From Deltaproteobacteria bacterium (lineage in GTDB: Bacteria > Myxococcota > JACRCW01), in the NCBI GenBank assembly GCA_016218805.1, contig JACRCW010000092.1:1-64000 (forward strand): 64,000 bases of DNA. The letters are read 5' to 3'. This document shows positions 26,533-35,465 of this stretch, piece after piece; positions within the stretch are counted from its first letter, which is position 1; every line of letters starts with the position of its first letter. A model generated the notes under the pieces. It was given only the letters and a program-made list of their open reading frames with translations. It was not told the DNA's origin and searched no databases. Made by a program: the position numbers and the translations under genes.

Positions 26533-29253
26533 GTGAACTGCCGCAGGGCGCTCGTTCCCATCCTGGTTGTCGTTGCCAGCAGTGCCGCTGCGCAGACGCT
26601 GTCCCCCGGCAAGCTTGGCCGAGGCCACGAAGACCTTGAGGGCCTCAGCCACTGCACGGATTGCCATGAATTCGGCAAGCGGGTGGATGGTGGCCTGTGC
26701 CTGCAGTGCCATGCGCCGCTCAAGCGGCTGGTGGAGACCGGCAAGGGGTTCCACGGCAAGCAGGCCAAGGAGAAGGCGGACTGCTTCAGCTGTCACAAGG
26801 ACCACCGCGGCGTTGGGACGTCACTGACCGACTGGGGCGGGCGGGAGAACGCGTTTGATCACCGCCGCACGGGGTACGTGCTTGACGGCAAGCACCAGGA
26901 GGCGAGCTGCGAGAAATGCCACGATTCGCGGCTGGTCAAAGACCGTGAATTGCGCGACCTGTTTGGCAAGGACAAGGATGGAACGTACCTGGGCCTGGAA
27001 CAGCGCTGCGGCGCGTGCCACTTTGACGAGCACCGCGGCCAGCTCAAGGGCGAGTGCAGCAAGTGCCATGATACGCGCGGTTTCAAACCCGCTGCCGGAT
27101 TCAAGCATAACGACGTGTACAAGCTGGTTGACGCGCACGCCAATGCGGAATGCACGGCGTGCCACGCGCGGGCCGCGGACCCAGTGCAGCGGCCGCCCTT
27201 CCCTCCGCCCGTAGACCCGCGCGCGTACGTCCGCTACGCGGTTCCGTTGCTGCAGGAGCGCGGTTGCCGCGCGTGCCACTTTGATGAGCACCGCGGCCAG
27301 TTCAAGGGCGACTGCGCGCGTTGCCATGACCAGAAAGCCTTCAAGCCGGTGCCGGGGTTCCGGCACGATGAGAGGTTTGTGCTGGTTGGCGCGCATGCGC
27401 GGGCGGCGTGCACCGGCTGCCACGCGCGCGTCCCCGCGCCCAGGGCGCCCGCGGGGCCCAAGCCCGTGGACGCAGCCAATTTCGCCCGGTACCGCCCGAC
27501 CCCCAAGGGCTGCGTGGACTGCCACAAGGATCCGCACGAGAACCGGTTTGGAGCGGAATGCCTCAAATGCCACAATCAGGAGAGCTGGCTGGTCATCCGT
27601 TCGGGTGATTCCACGCGCGCATTCCACGACCGCTCCCGGTTCCCGCTGAAGGGCGCGCACCGCCACGCGGACTGCGCCGCGTGTCATCCGCCGGCGCCCA
27701 AGAGCGGGCTGCAACTCAAGGGTTTCCCGTTTGAGCGCTGCGGTGACTGCCACGTGGACGCGCACCTGGGCCAGTTGACGCCGGCGGCGGACGGCCTGGT
27801 GCGCTGCGAGCGCTGCCACGACGAGCAGGGGTTCCTCCCGCCGCGCTACCCGGTGGAGGAACACCGCACCTATCCGCTGCAGGGCGCGCACGTGGCAACC
27901 GCGTGCAATGACTGCCACGTGCAGGACCGCGCGGGGCTGGAGGACCGCGTGCGCGCGCGCCCGGGGCGGCCACGGGGAACGGAAACCATTGATTTCACCC
28001 GGCTGGTGTTCCCCGGGCGCGACACAAAACGCTGCGATTCCTGTCACGCGGATGTGCATCGCGGGCAATTCGCGCAGGACCCGGCGCGCGCCTGCGCGTC
28101 CTGCCACGCGGTGACGTCCTTCCAGGACCTCCATTTCAACCATGACGTGGACACGCGCTACCCGCTCCAGGGGCGCCACGCCCAGGCGCAGTGCGGCGCT
28201 TGCCACCCGCGCACCGGTGACGGGGGCACGCAGGTCTGGCGCGGCGTCCCCACGGTCTGCGCGGCCTGTCACGAGGACCCGCACCGCGGCCAATTCACCG
28301 GCACCGACTGCGCGCGCTGCCACACCACGGAGCGGTTCCAGCGCACGTTGTTCCGCCACGACGATCCGGCGTTCACGTCGTTCGTTCCGCAGGGGGCCCA
28401 CGCCCGCGTGGCGTGCGCGTCCTGTCACCCGGTCCGGCGCACGCCGGAGGGCTTCCGCTCCGCGTGGTACCGCGGCGTGCCGCGTGATTGCGTGGGATGC
28501 CACCAGGATCCGCACGCCGCGCCGGGCGCCCTGTCCCCGACGACGGCGACGTGCACGCGCTGCCACAACGACGCGGGCTGGGAGCGGGTGAGCTTCAACC
28601 ATGAGGCCACGCACCTGCCGCTGCGCCAACGCCATGCCGACGTGGACTGCCGCGCGTGTCACGCCCAGTTGGCCCCGCTGGCGCTGGAACCGTCATGTGG
28701 CGCATGCCATGCTGACGTGCATGGCGGACGCCTGGGAAACGCGTGTGAGCGGTGCCATGACCAGGCGTCCTTCCGCTCCGGTGACGCCGTGGCCGCGCAC
28801 GCACAGACGCGGTTCCCCCTGCTGGGACGCCACGGCATGGCGCCGTGCGAGTCCTGCCACCAGGCCCGTGCGGACCGCACCCTGGGCGGGCTCTCCGTGC
28901 GGTGTGAGGATTGCCACGACGCGGACGTGCAGCGCACGGCGGGCGGACCCCGTGACCATGCCGGCCTCAACCCGCTGGACTGCCGCGGGTGCCACACACC
29001 GTCCACCTGGCGGCGGGCGCGGTTCTTTGTGCATGACCGCTGCTTCCCGCTCTCCAGCGGCGAGCACGCGCGGTACACGTGTGAACAGTGCCATTCCGCG
29101 TTGCGCGGGCTGGCCGTGGACCAATGCGCGTCATTCACCGCGGATTGCATCCGTTGCCATGGCTGCGAGGACCGGAAACACCGCGGTATCCCCGGCTACA
29201 CCTGCGGCAACCGCCGCTGCTACGAGTGCCACCCCAGCGGCGAGGAGGAATGA
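26533..29253 (+). CDS. Giant multiheme c-type cytochrome (33 CxxCH motifs, tri-heme repeat modules)
   Basis: Sec signal (...SSAAAQ); 33 CxxCH counted by hand; repeating F.H....(Y/F)PL.G.H...CxxCH ... CxxCH.D.H.G....CxxCH unit. Confidence 0.95.
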   Translation: MNCRRALVPILVVVASSAAAQTLSPGKLGRGHEDLEGLSHCTDCHEFGKRVDGGLCLQCHAPLKRLVETGKGFHGKQAKEKADCFSCHKDHRGVGTSLTDWGGRENAFDHRRTGYVLDGKHQEASCEKCHDSRLVKDRELRDLFGKDKDGTYLGLEQRCGACHFDEHRGQLKGECSKCHDTRGFKPAAGFKHNDVYKLVDAHANAECTACHARAADPVQRPPFPPPVDPRAYVRYAVPLLQERGCRACHFDEHRGQFKGDCARCHDQKAFKPVPGFRHDERFVLVGAHARAACTGCHARVPAPRAPAGPKPVDAANFARYRPTPKGCVDCHKDPHENRFGAECLKCHNQESWLVIRSGDSTRAFHDRSRFPLKGAHRHADCAACHPPAPKSGLQLKGFPFERCGDCHVDAHLGQLTPAADGLVRCERCHDEQGFLPPRYPVEEHRTYPLQGAHVATACNDCHVQDRAGLEDRVRARPGRPRGTETIDFTRLVFPGRDTKRCDSCHADVHRGQFAQDPARACASCHAVTSFQDLHFNHDVDTRYPLQGRHAQAQCGACHPRTGDGGTQVWRGVPTVCAACHEDPHRGQFTGTDCARCHTTERFQRTLFRHDDPAFTSFVPQGAHARVACASCHPVRRTPEGFRSAWYRGVPRDCVGCHQDPHAAPGALSPTTATCTRCHNDAGWERVSFNHEATHLPLRQRHADVDCRACHAQLAPLALEPSCGACHADVHGGRLGNACERCHDQASFRSGDAVAAHAQTRFPLLGRHGMAPCESCHQARADRTLGGLSVRCEDCHDADVQRTAGGPRDHAGLNPLDCRGCHTPSTWRRARFFVHDRCFPLSSGEHARYTCEQCHSALRGLAVDQCASFTADCIRCHGCEDRKHRGIPGYTCGNRRCYECHPSGEEE

Positions 29254-29256
29254 TTG

Positions 29257-30015
29257 ATGACTGCGCGCACTTTTGCGGCTCTGCTTGGGGTTGCCGCCCT
29301 GTGCCAGGGCTGCTTTGCGGGCTCACCGTACGACGTGGAGCGCCACCGCATCACCCGTGACAACCACGCGGCCTTCCCCGTCCGGGACGCCCCGCACGCC
29401 GTTGACTGCAACAGCTGTCACGTCAACCCGGAGACCTTCACGGACTTTTCCTGCGTGGGCTGTCACGAGCACGGCCAGGACCGGGCCGACCCGGCGCACG
29501 TGGGCGTTTCCGGGTATTCGTGGGGGCCCACAACCTGTTACGCGTGCCATCCTGACGGCAAGGCGAGCATCAGCCGCGAAGGCCACGAACGCTATTTCCC
29601 GATCTTCACGGGCAACCACGCGGCCGTGGCGTGCGGCGACTGCCACACCGGCTCCGCCCGGACGGAATTCAACTGTATTGATTGCCACTCGCACACGTGC
29701 GCCACGGTGGACCGCCGTCACGTCATGGTGGACAGCTACCAGTGCGCCAGCCCGGACTGCCTGCGGTGCCACCCAGCCGGGACCACGCGCATGTCCCGGT
29801 CCGAACATTCACCGTATTTCCCGGTTTCCCGGGGCCGCCACGCGCTGGCCTGCATGGAATGCCATGATTCCGCGTATTCCACCTATTACTGCGTGGAGTG
29901 CCACACGGGTGAGCACACGTGCGCACGCATGAGTTTTCATTACGGGGAAACCGGCAACTACACCTGCGCAACCCCGCGCTGCTACGCCTGCCATCCGCGC
30001 GGCACCGAGGACTGA
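29257..30015 (+). CDS. Nonaheme c-type cytochrome lipoprotein
   Basis: Lipobox-like ALCQGC; 9 CxxCH in three homologous modules; starts 3 nt after the previous stop. Confidence 0.9.
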   Translation: MTARTFAALLGVAALCQGCFAGSPYDVERHRITRDNHAAFPVRDAPHAVDCNSCHVNPETFTDFSCVGCHEHGQDRADPAHVGVSGYSWGPTTCYACHPDGKASISREGHERYFPIFTGNHAAVACGDCHTGSARTEFNCIDCHSHTCATVDRRHVMVDSYQCASPDCLRCHPAGTTRMSRSEHSPYFPVSRGRHALACMECHDSAYSTYYCVECHTGEHTCARMSFHYGETGNYTCATPRCYACHPRGTED

Positions 30016-30020
30016 CGACG

Positions 30021-31679
30021 GTGCACCACCTCTTGCTGGCCGGGGGACTGGCGCTGTGGGGCGCGCTTGCGGCGGTGCCAGCGCGGGCCCAGGCGGACAC
30101 GCGCGTGCGCTTTGTCAACGGGGACCGCGTCTACCTGGCCTCCGGCCGGGCGGACGGTGTGGTGAAGGGGGCAACGGTCTACGTGCTGGGTGACGGGGCC
30201 ACCGTGGCGCGTTTGGAGGTGGAGTCCGCCTCGGAGCACCGCAGCGTGGCCATCCTGCAGGGCCACCTGCGCGCACCCCGCACCGGTGACGTGGCGCGCA
30301 TCCTGGACCCCGCACCGCGGCCCCCCGCGCGCACAACACGGCCGCGCGCCACGCCGCGGCCGGTGAAACGGGGCGAATTCGTCCGCGCCACCGCCCAGGG
30401 TTTCCAGGCCATTGCGTTCCGCGCGCAGCGGCCGCGGGTCACGGCGCGCCGCACCCGCGCGGAAGCGTTCCTGGTTGGTGAGGCCTGGGCGTTTGCCGGC
30501 GGGGTGGGCGCTGTGTCCGGCGCGGCGCGCTCCCGCGTCGTGGTGGGGCTGGACACGCCGCTGGATGCAGCGGACACGTTCCACGCGACGGTGGACGCGG
30601 CGTTCACCCTGCAGGGCCAGCAACCCGTTTCCACCGTGCAGCGCACCGCCAGCCGCGCGGTGGCACGGGCGGACGTGCGCCAGGCAACGCTGGCCTGGCG
30701 CGGCCTGCGTGAATTGGAGCTTTCCGTGGGACGGCGCGGCAGCTCCGCATTGCGGTGGGGCCTGCTGGACGGGGTGTTCGCCACCTGGCAGCGGGGTTCC
30801 GGCCCAACGCTGCGGTTGGCCCTGGGGCACCGGGCGGACACGGTGTCCATGTTCCCTTCCCTGCTGCGGCCGGCGGCCACCGCCGAAGCGTCCGACACCT
30901 ACCGCGGCGACTGGGGCTGGGCCGCGTGGGAGACGGGGGCATCCTGGCTGGGGCGGGACGTGGTGGCGACGGAGGCGACCGAACTGTCCGCGCGGGCATC
31001 CGTGAACGTGGCGCGCCGGCTGTGGGTGGAAGCGGATGGCGCGGCGGTGGCCTGGCTGCAGCAGAACGTGAGCGGCCCTCGCGCGTCGCTGGATCGGCTG
31101 GGAGTGTCCGGCGGTGTCCGGGTCACGGACACCATTTCCACGCGTTTCCAGGCGCGCCGGCTTGGCGGGGACCTGTTCCCATCCGACGCACGTCTGCTAC
31201 CGCCGGGCTACGCCGCCGGGACGCCGCTGTATGACGCCGCGGGCGTGCTGGATGCGTCCGTGGTGCCGGCCGCGTCCTGGTCCGCGGGGGCGGCGTTGTT
31301 GCTGGGCGCCACGTGGGACACCTCGCACGCGTGGGACCGTTACCAACTGGTCCCGGAACTGCGCGGCCGCCTTTCCGCGTTGTGGGGGCTGAGCGCGCGC
31401 GCGGCCTGGCGCTGTGAGCTGGGGCGCACCGGCCTGCAGGCGGTTGAGTTGGCGCTGGCGGCGGAGCCCGTGAAGTCCCTGCGCGTGGGCGCGCGGCTGC
31501 AGACGGGGTTGTGGATTCTCCAGGACGTGCAGCGCGTGGAGCCGTTCCAGGTGGCCACGGTGGATGCGTCCACGGGCATGGGGCCGTGGCGGTTGGGCCT
31601 GCGCGGCCGGTCCACCTGGGGCAACACCGGCAACGGCGCGGAGGCGGTGGCGTTCATTGGCGCGGTGGCGCCGCCGTGA
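30021..31679 (+). CDS. Secreted protein, probable outer-membrane beta-barrel partner of the cytochromes
   Basis: Signal peptide (...PARAQA); N-terminal FlgT-C-like VYLASGRADGVVKG; about 400 aa of amphipathic beta-strand-like sequence rich in W, G and R. Start set at GTG 30021. Confidence 0.6.
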   Translation: MHHLLLAGGLALWGALAAVPARAQADTRVRFVNGDRVYLASGRADGVVKGATVYVLGDGATVARLEVESASEHRSVAILQGHLRAPRTGDVARILDPAPRPPARTTRPRATPRPVKRGEFVRATAQGFQAIAFRAQRPRVTARRTRAEAFLVGEAWAFAGGVGAVSGAARSRVVVGLDTPLDAADTFHATVDAAFTLQGQQPVSTVQRTASRAVARADVRQATLAWRGLRELELSVGRRGSSALRWGLLDGVFATWQRGSGPTLRLALGHRADTVSMFPSLLRPAATAEASDTYRGDWGWAAWETGASWLGRDVVATEATELSARASVNVARRLWVEADGAAVAWLQQNVSGPRASLDRLGVSGGVRVTDTISTRFQARRLGGDLFPSDARLLPPGYAAGTPLYDAAGVLDASVVPAASWSAGAALLLGATWDTSHAWDRYQLVPELRGRLSALWGLSARAAWRCELGRTGLQAVELALAAEPVKSLRVGARLQTGLWILQDVQRVEPFQVATVDASTGMGPWRLGLRGRSTWGNTGNGAEAVAFIGAVAPP

Positions 31680-31691
31680 AGGAGGCCCGGA

Positions 31692-32555
31692 ATGTCGCTG
31701 GGTGACGTCACACTGGACCGGGGACCCGGCCGGCTGTTCCAGGCGGATGGCCGGGCGCTGGTGGGGCTGCCGGTGAAGGAGTTGCGCGCGCTGTTCCGTG
31801 AACACGGTTTCCTCGCATTTCGCGGCTGGAATGCGTCCATTTCAGATTTCTATCAATTCGGGAAGCGTTTCATGGACCGCCTGCGGACCACGCCCGAAGC
31901 CGAGCGCCCCCAGCACCCCATCCACCGTGGCATGCAGACCGTCTCCCAGGGCGATCACGCCATGAACTTCCACGCGGATTTTGGCCAATTGCCGGACCGG
32001 CCGGAGGCGATAGCGTTCTATTGCCAGGTGGCGCCGGAAAGTGAAGGCGAGACGTTCGTGTGTGACGGCATCCAGCTGTGGGAGTCGCTGGATGAGGCGA
32101 CGCGCCGGTTGTTCGAGCAGCGCCGCATCACGCAATGCAGCAGCGTGGACTGGCGCCTGTGGACTTCCAGCGCCGGGACCACCGACTTTGACGTGGTGCG
32201 TGCATTCATGGAGGAGCGCGAGGGCGTGCAGGTATCTCCCGGTCCGTTGGGCGCGCTGCAGGTCCGCTGGACGACGTGGGCGGCCGCCCGGCCCAAGTTC
32301 TCTGACCGGACCGCGCTGGCCAGCAACGTGTTCCCCGGCGTCTACAACGGGCTCACCACGACGTGGGAAGACGGCACGCCGCTGGACGCGGCGCTGGTGC
32401 AACACCTGGAGACGCGGGCCCGTGCGCTGTCCACCGTCATCCGCTGGGCCGCGGGGGATTTTGCCGTGGTGGACAACACGCGTTACGTGCACGCGCGCGC
32501 GGCCCAGGATGCGCGGCGCAAGTTGTACACGCTGCAGGGGTTCATGCGGGGTTAG
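31692..32555 (+). CDS. TauD/TfdA family dioxygenase (paralog of 24369-25295)
   Basis: HGFLAFRG, FHAD (HxD), AFYC, GETFVCDG and WAAGDFAVVDNTRYVHAR. Confidence 0.87.
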   Translation: MSLGDVTLDRGPGRLFQADGRALVGLPVKELRALFREHGFLAFRGWNASISDFYQFGKRFMDRLRTTPEAERPQHPIHRGMQTVSQGDHAMNFHADFGQLPDRPEAIAFYCQVAPESEGETFVCDGIQLWESLDEATRRLFEQRRITQCSSVDWRLWTSSAGTTDFDVVRAFMEEREGVQVSPGPLGALQVRWTTWAAARPKFSDRTALASNVFPGVYNGLTTTWEDGTPLDAALVQHLETRARALSTVIRWAAGDFAVVDNTRYVHARAAQDARRKLYTLQGFMRG

Positions 32556-33915
32556 GCGGCGGCTGAAACCCGCCCAACGCGCCCTCCAGCACCTCGGCAA
32601 TCCCCAACAGCACGCCTTCTTCGCCGCGGCGGCCGACGAGTTGCAGCCCGACCGGCAGGCCCTCCGCGGCGCGGCCCGCCGGGATCACCACGACAGGGTG
32701 GCCGGTGAGGCTGAACGGCGACGTCCAGCCGCCCGCCACCAGCCAGTAGTTCTGCGGCACGCCGTCCACGTCCACCGGCATGCCCGCCGGGCGGTGCGTG
32801 AAGGCGGGCACGGACACCACCGGAAGCAGCCAGGCGTCACGCTGCGCCATGAACGCGTCCACCGTCTCCACCAGGTGATGCCGGGTGCGCCACGCTTCGC
32901 GCAGGCGCAGGTCATTCACCGCCTGGCGCGGCGTCCAGCGTCCCGCGCCCGCCGCCCAGGCCCGCGCCAATTCCACCCATGGGTGCCATTGCTCGGCGTT
33001 CATGATGTTGGTCCACGCGCCCCAGGCATCCTCAAACGCAAACCCCTCCGGCGCGCCCTCCTCCACGTCCAGCGTGCGGCGAAGCCGGCGCACCGCGGCG
33101 TCAAACACCGCCGCCACGGACGCGTCCACCCACGGCAGGCCGCCACCGCGCCACCACGCCACGCGCGGTTCCGGGACGCGCTGCGTGCCGCCCAGCCCCA
33201 CCGCCACGGCCGCCAGCGCAAGATCCTCCACGTACCGCGCCACGAACCCGACGCAGACCAGGTGGCGGGCGCGATCCGGCGATCCCGGCCAGCCGTGCAG
33301 ATGTCCGTCCAGCGGGAGCGCCCCGTCGGTGGGTTTGAGCGCGCAGGTACCGCAGAACGACGCGGGGATGCGCAGTGAACCGCCGTGATCGCTCCCCACT
33401 TCCAGGGGCGACAGCCCGGCCGCCACCGCCGCGGCACCGCCGCCCGTGGAACCACCAGGGGTACGCATGGGATCCCACGGATTGTTGGCGGTACCCAGCA
33501 GCGGGCCACGCGTCTGGATGTCCGCGGCCAGCGGGGGCGTGTTGGTCTTCCCCAGCAGGATCCCGCCAGCGGCGCGAATCCGCTGCACCACCCACGCGTC
33601 CCGGTCCGGCACGTGGTCCCGGTACATCTCCGCGCCGGCCGTGGTGCGCAGGCCGCGCGTCTCCAACGTGTCCTTGGCCGTGTAGGGGACGCCGTGCAGC
33701 ACGCCGCAGGGTGCGCCGGCGCGGCTCGCCTCATCCGCGGCGCGGGCGGCGGCCCGCGCGCCGTCCGCGTCCACGGTGACCAGCGCGTTGAGGCGCGCGT
33801 TGTCGCGGTGGATCCGCGTGAGGCAGTCCTCCACCGCTTCCACGGCAGTGATCCTGCCGGTGCGGATGCGGCGCGCCAGTTCGGCGGCGCCCGGGGCGGC
33901 GTTTTCCGTCGTCAC
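32542..33915 (-). CDS. Amidase-signature family amidase
   Basis: GVPYTAKD, GKTN, NPWD..RTPGGSTGG, GSDHGGSLRIPA and GLPVGLQLVG. Confidence 0.92.
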   Translation of the reverse strand: MTTENAAPGAAELARRIRTGRITAVEAVEDCLTRIHRDNARLNALVTVDADGARAAARAADEASRAGAPCGVLHGVPYTAKDTLETRGLRTTAGAEMYRDHVPDRDAWVVQRIRAAGGILLGKTNTPPLAADIQTRGPLLGTANNPWDPMRTPGGSTGGGAAAVAAGLSPLEVGSDHGGSLRIPASFCGTCALKPTDGALPLDGHLHGWPGSPDRARHLVCVGFVARYVEDLALAAVAVGLGGTQRVPEPRVAWWRGGGLPWVDASVAAVFDAAVRRLRRTLDVEEGAPEGFAFEDAWGAWTNIMNAEQWHPWVELARAWAAGAGRWTPRQAVNDLRLREAWRTRHHLVETVDAFMAQRDAWLLPVVSVPAFTHRPAGMPVDVDGVPQNYWLVAGGWTSPFSLTGHPVVVIPAGRAAEGLPVGLQLVGRRGEEGVLLGIAEVLEGALGGFQPPPNPA

Positions 33916-34583
33916 ACGGGCCTCCGGCCTTCCAACAGCCAGGACCCGGCGTAGACGTTGCGTGGCAGGCGCGTGGCCAGACCGGCCGCGCGGGCCATGG
34001 CCGCGTACTCGCCCGGCGGCAACCAGCGCACCAGTTGGGCGCGCCCCAGCGCGGCACGGAACGCCGGCAGCGCCAGCAACGACGACGACGGCACCAGCAC
34101 CAGCGCGGTGGCGCCGGGCCGCAGGATGCGGAACAACTCACGCCACCCCCGCGCGATGTCCGGCCACCAGTGCATGGAGAAGCACGACACGACGAGGTCC
34201 ACCGCCGCATCCGGCAGCGGGAGCGCCGCCGCGGAGGCCCGGACCAGCACGGCCGTGGGGGGACGGCGGGTCTGCGCCAGCGCCAGCATCTGCACGGAGA
34301 GGTCCACGCCCACCACGCAGTCGGCCACGGCGGGAAGCCAACCCAGGCTCTGCCCGGTGCCAATCCCCACGTCCACCGCGACCTTCATGCGGCCACGGCG
34401 GGCCAGGACGGACGCGCGGTCATGGAGCACGCGGTGCAACGGTCCGTACAGGCCGTCCTGGTAGAACGGCATATCGTACGTTCCGCTCCACGCCTGGAAG
34501 AACGCCTGCACATCCCGGTCGCGGTCCGCCATGACGCCATTGAGCAGGCCGCGGGCATCGCGGTCAACGCGCGCGGTCATCAT
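33912..34583 (-). CDS. Class I SAM-dependent methyltransferase
   Basis: VDVGIGTG, VGVDLS..ML, LPLPD..VDLV and R.LRPG. Confidence 0.9.
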   Translation of the reverse strand: MMTARVDRDARGLLNGVMADRDRDVQAFFQAWSGTYDMPFYQDGLYGPLHRVLHDRASVLARRGRMKVAVDVGIGTGQSLGWLPAVADCVVGVDLSVQMLALAQTRRPPTAVLVRASAAALPLPDAAVDLVVSCFSMHWWPDIARGWRELFRILRPGATALVLVPSSSLLALPAFRAALGRAQLVRWLPPGEYAAMARAAGLATRLPRNVYAGSWLLEGRRPV

Positions 34584-34586
34584 GCT

Positions 34587-35465
34587 ATGGCGGAGTCCAT
34601 GGCCCGGGCCCTACGCGATCCCCTTGCCGGCACCTACCTGGGTGGCGCGCGCTACTTCATGGACAAGGCTTTCCACGACGAGCTGTTGCGCTCAGACCCG
34701 GCGACGTTCCCGGACGGCCCGGACGGATTCGCGGGGCTGTGGGAATACCTGCGCGGCTACACCATGATGGATCCCTGGCGCGTGGCCAGCATCGCTTCGC
34801 GGCTGTGGGAGGTCCGGCACCTGCCGGGTGACGTCATTGAATGCGGCGTGTTCACGGGCGGCACCAGCATCATGCTGGCGTTGCTGCTCCGCCGGTGGGG
34901 CGTGACCAAGAAGGTATACATGCTGGACAGCTTCCGCGGCCTGCCGGTGCCCAACGCCACGCATGACGCGTTCTACCGCGCCGGCTGGTTTGCCGTGGGG
35001 CGCAACACCGCTGAACAGCTGGCCATCCGCTGCGGCGTGCGCGGGTCGGTGGTCATCATGGAGGGCTGGTTCAAGGACACGCTGCCGCGGCTCACGCAGG
35101 AGCGCTTCTGCCTGGCCCACGTGGACGGTGACCTGTACGAGTCCACCACGACGTGCCTGCGGCACCTGGTCCCGCGCATGGTGGAGGGCGGTGTCATGGT
35201 GATGGACGACTATGACGACGGCGGCGGCGGCGTGAAGCGGGCGGTCCAGGAGCACCTGACCCATACCCACGAGCTCCTCCACACCGGTCCGCTGCCGCAG
35301 GCCTACTTCCGCGTCGGCGAGAAACACCGCGAACGCGGTTTCCGTTCCTCGCAGAAGGAAATCCGCGGAAACCGCCCGTACGGCCGGATGGTGGCTGAGG
35401 TGCAGCGCCGCGTGACGGAGGACGCCCGCGCGGTGGCGCGGTTGCACAAGCTGGTCAATGGCTGA
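34587..35465 (+). CDS. TylF/MycF/NovP family O-methyltransferase
   Basis: PGDVIECGVFTGG, LDSF.GLP, GWFKDTLP, HVDGDLYEST and GGV.V.DDY. The start may be ATG 34599. Confidence 0.9.
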   Translation: MAESMARALRDPLAGTYLGGARYFMDKAFHDELLRSDPATFPDGPDGFAGLWEYLRGYTMMDPWRVASIASRLWEVRHLPGDVIECGVFTGGTSIMLALLLRRWGVTKKVYMLDSFRGLPVPNATHDAFYRAGWFAVGRNTAEQLAIRCGVRGSVVIMEGWFKDTLPRLTQERFCLAHVDGDLYESTTTCLRHLVPRMVEGGVMVMDDYDDGGGGVKRAVQEHLTHTHELLHTGPLPQAYFRVGEKHRERGFRSSQKEIRGNRPYGRMVAEVQRRVTEDARAVARLHKLVNG

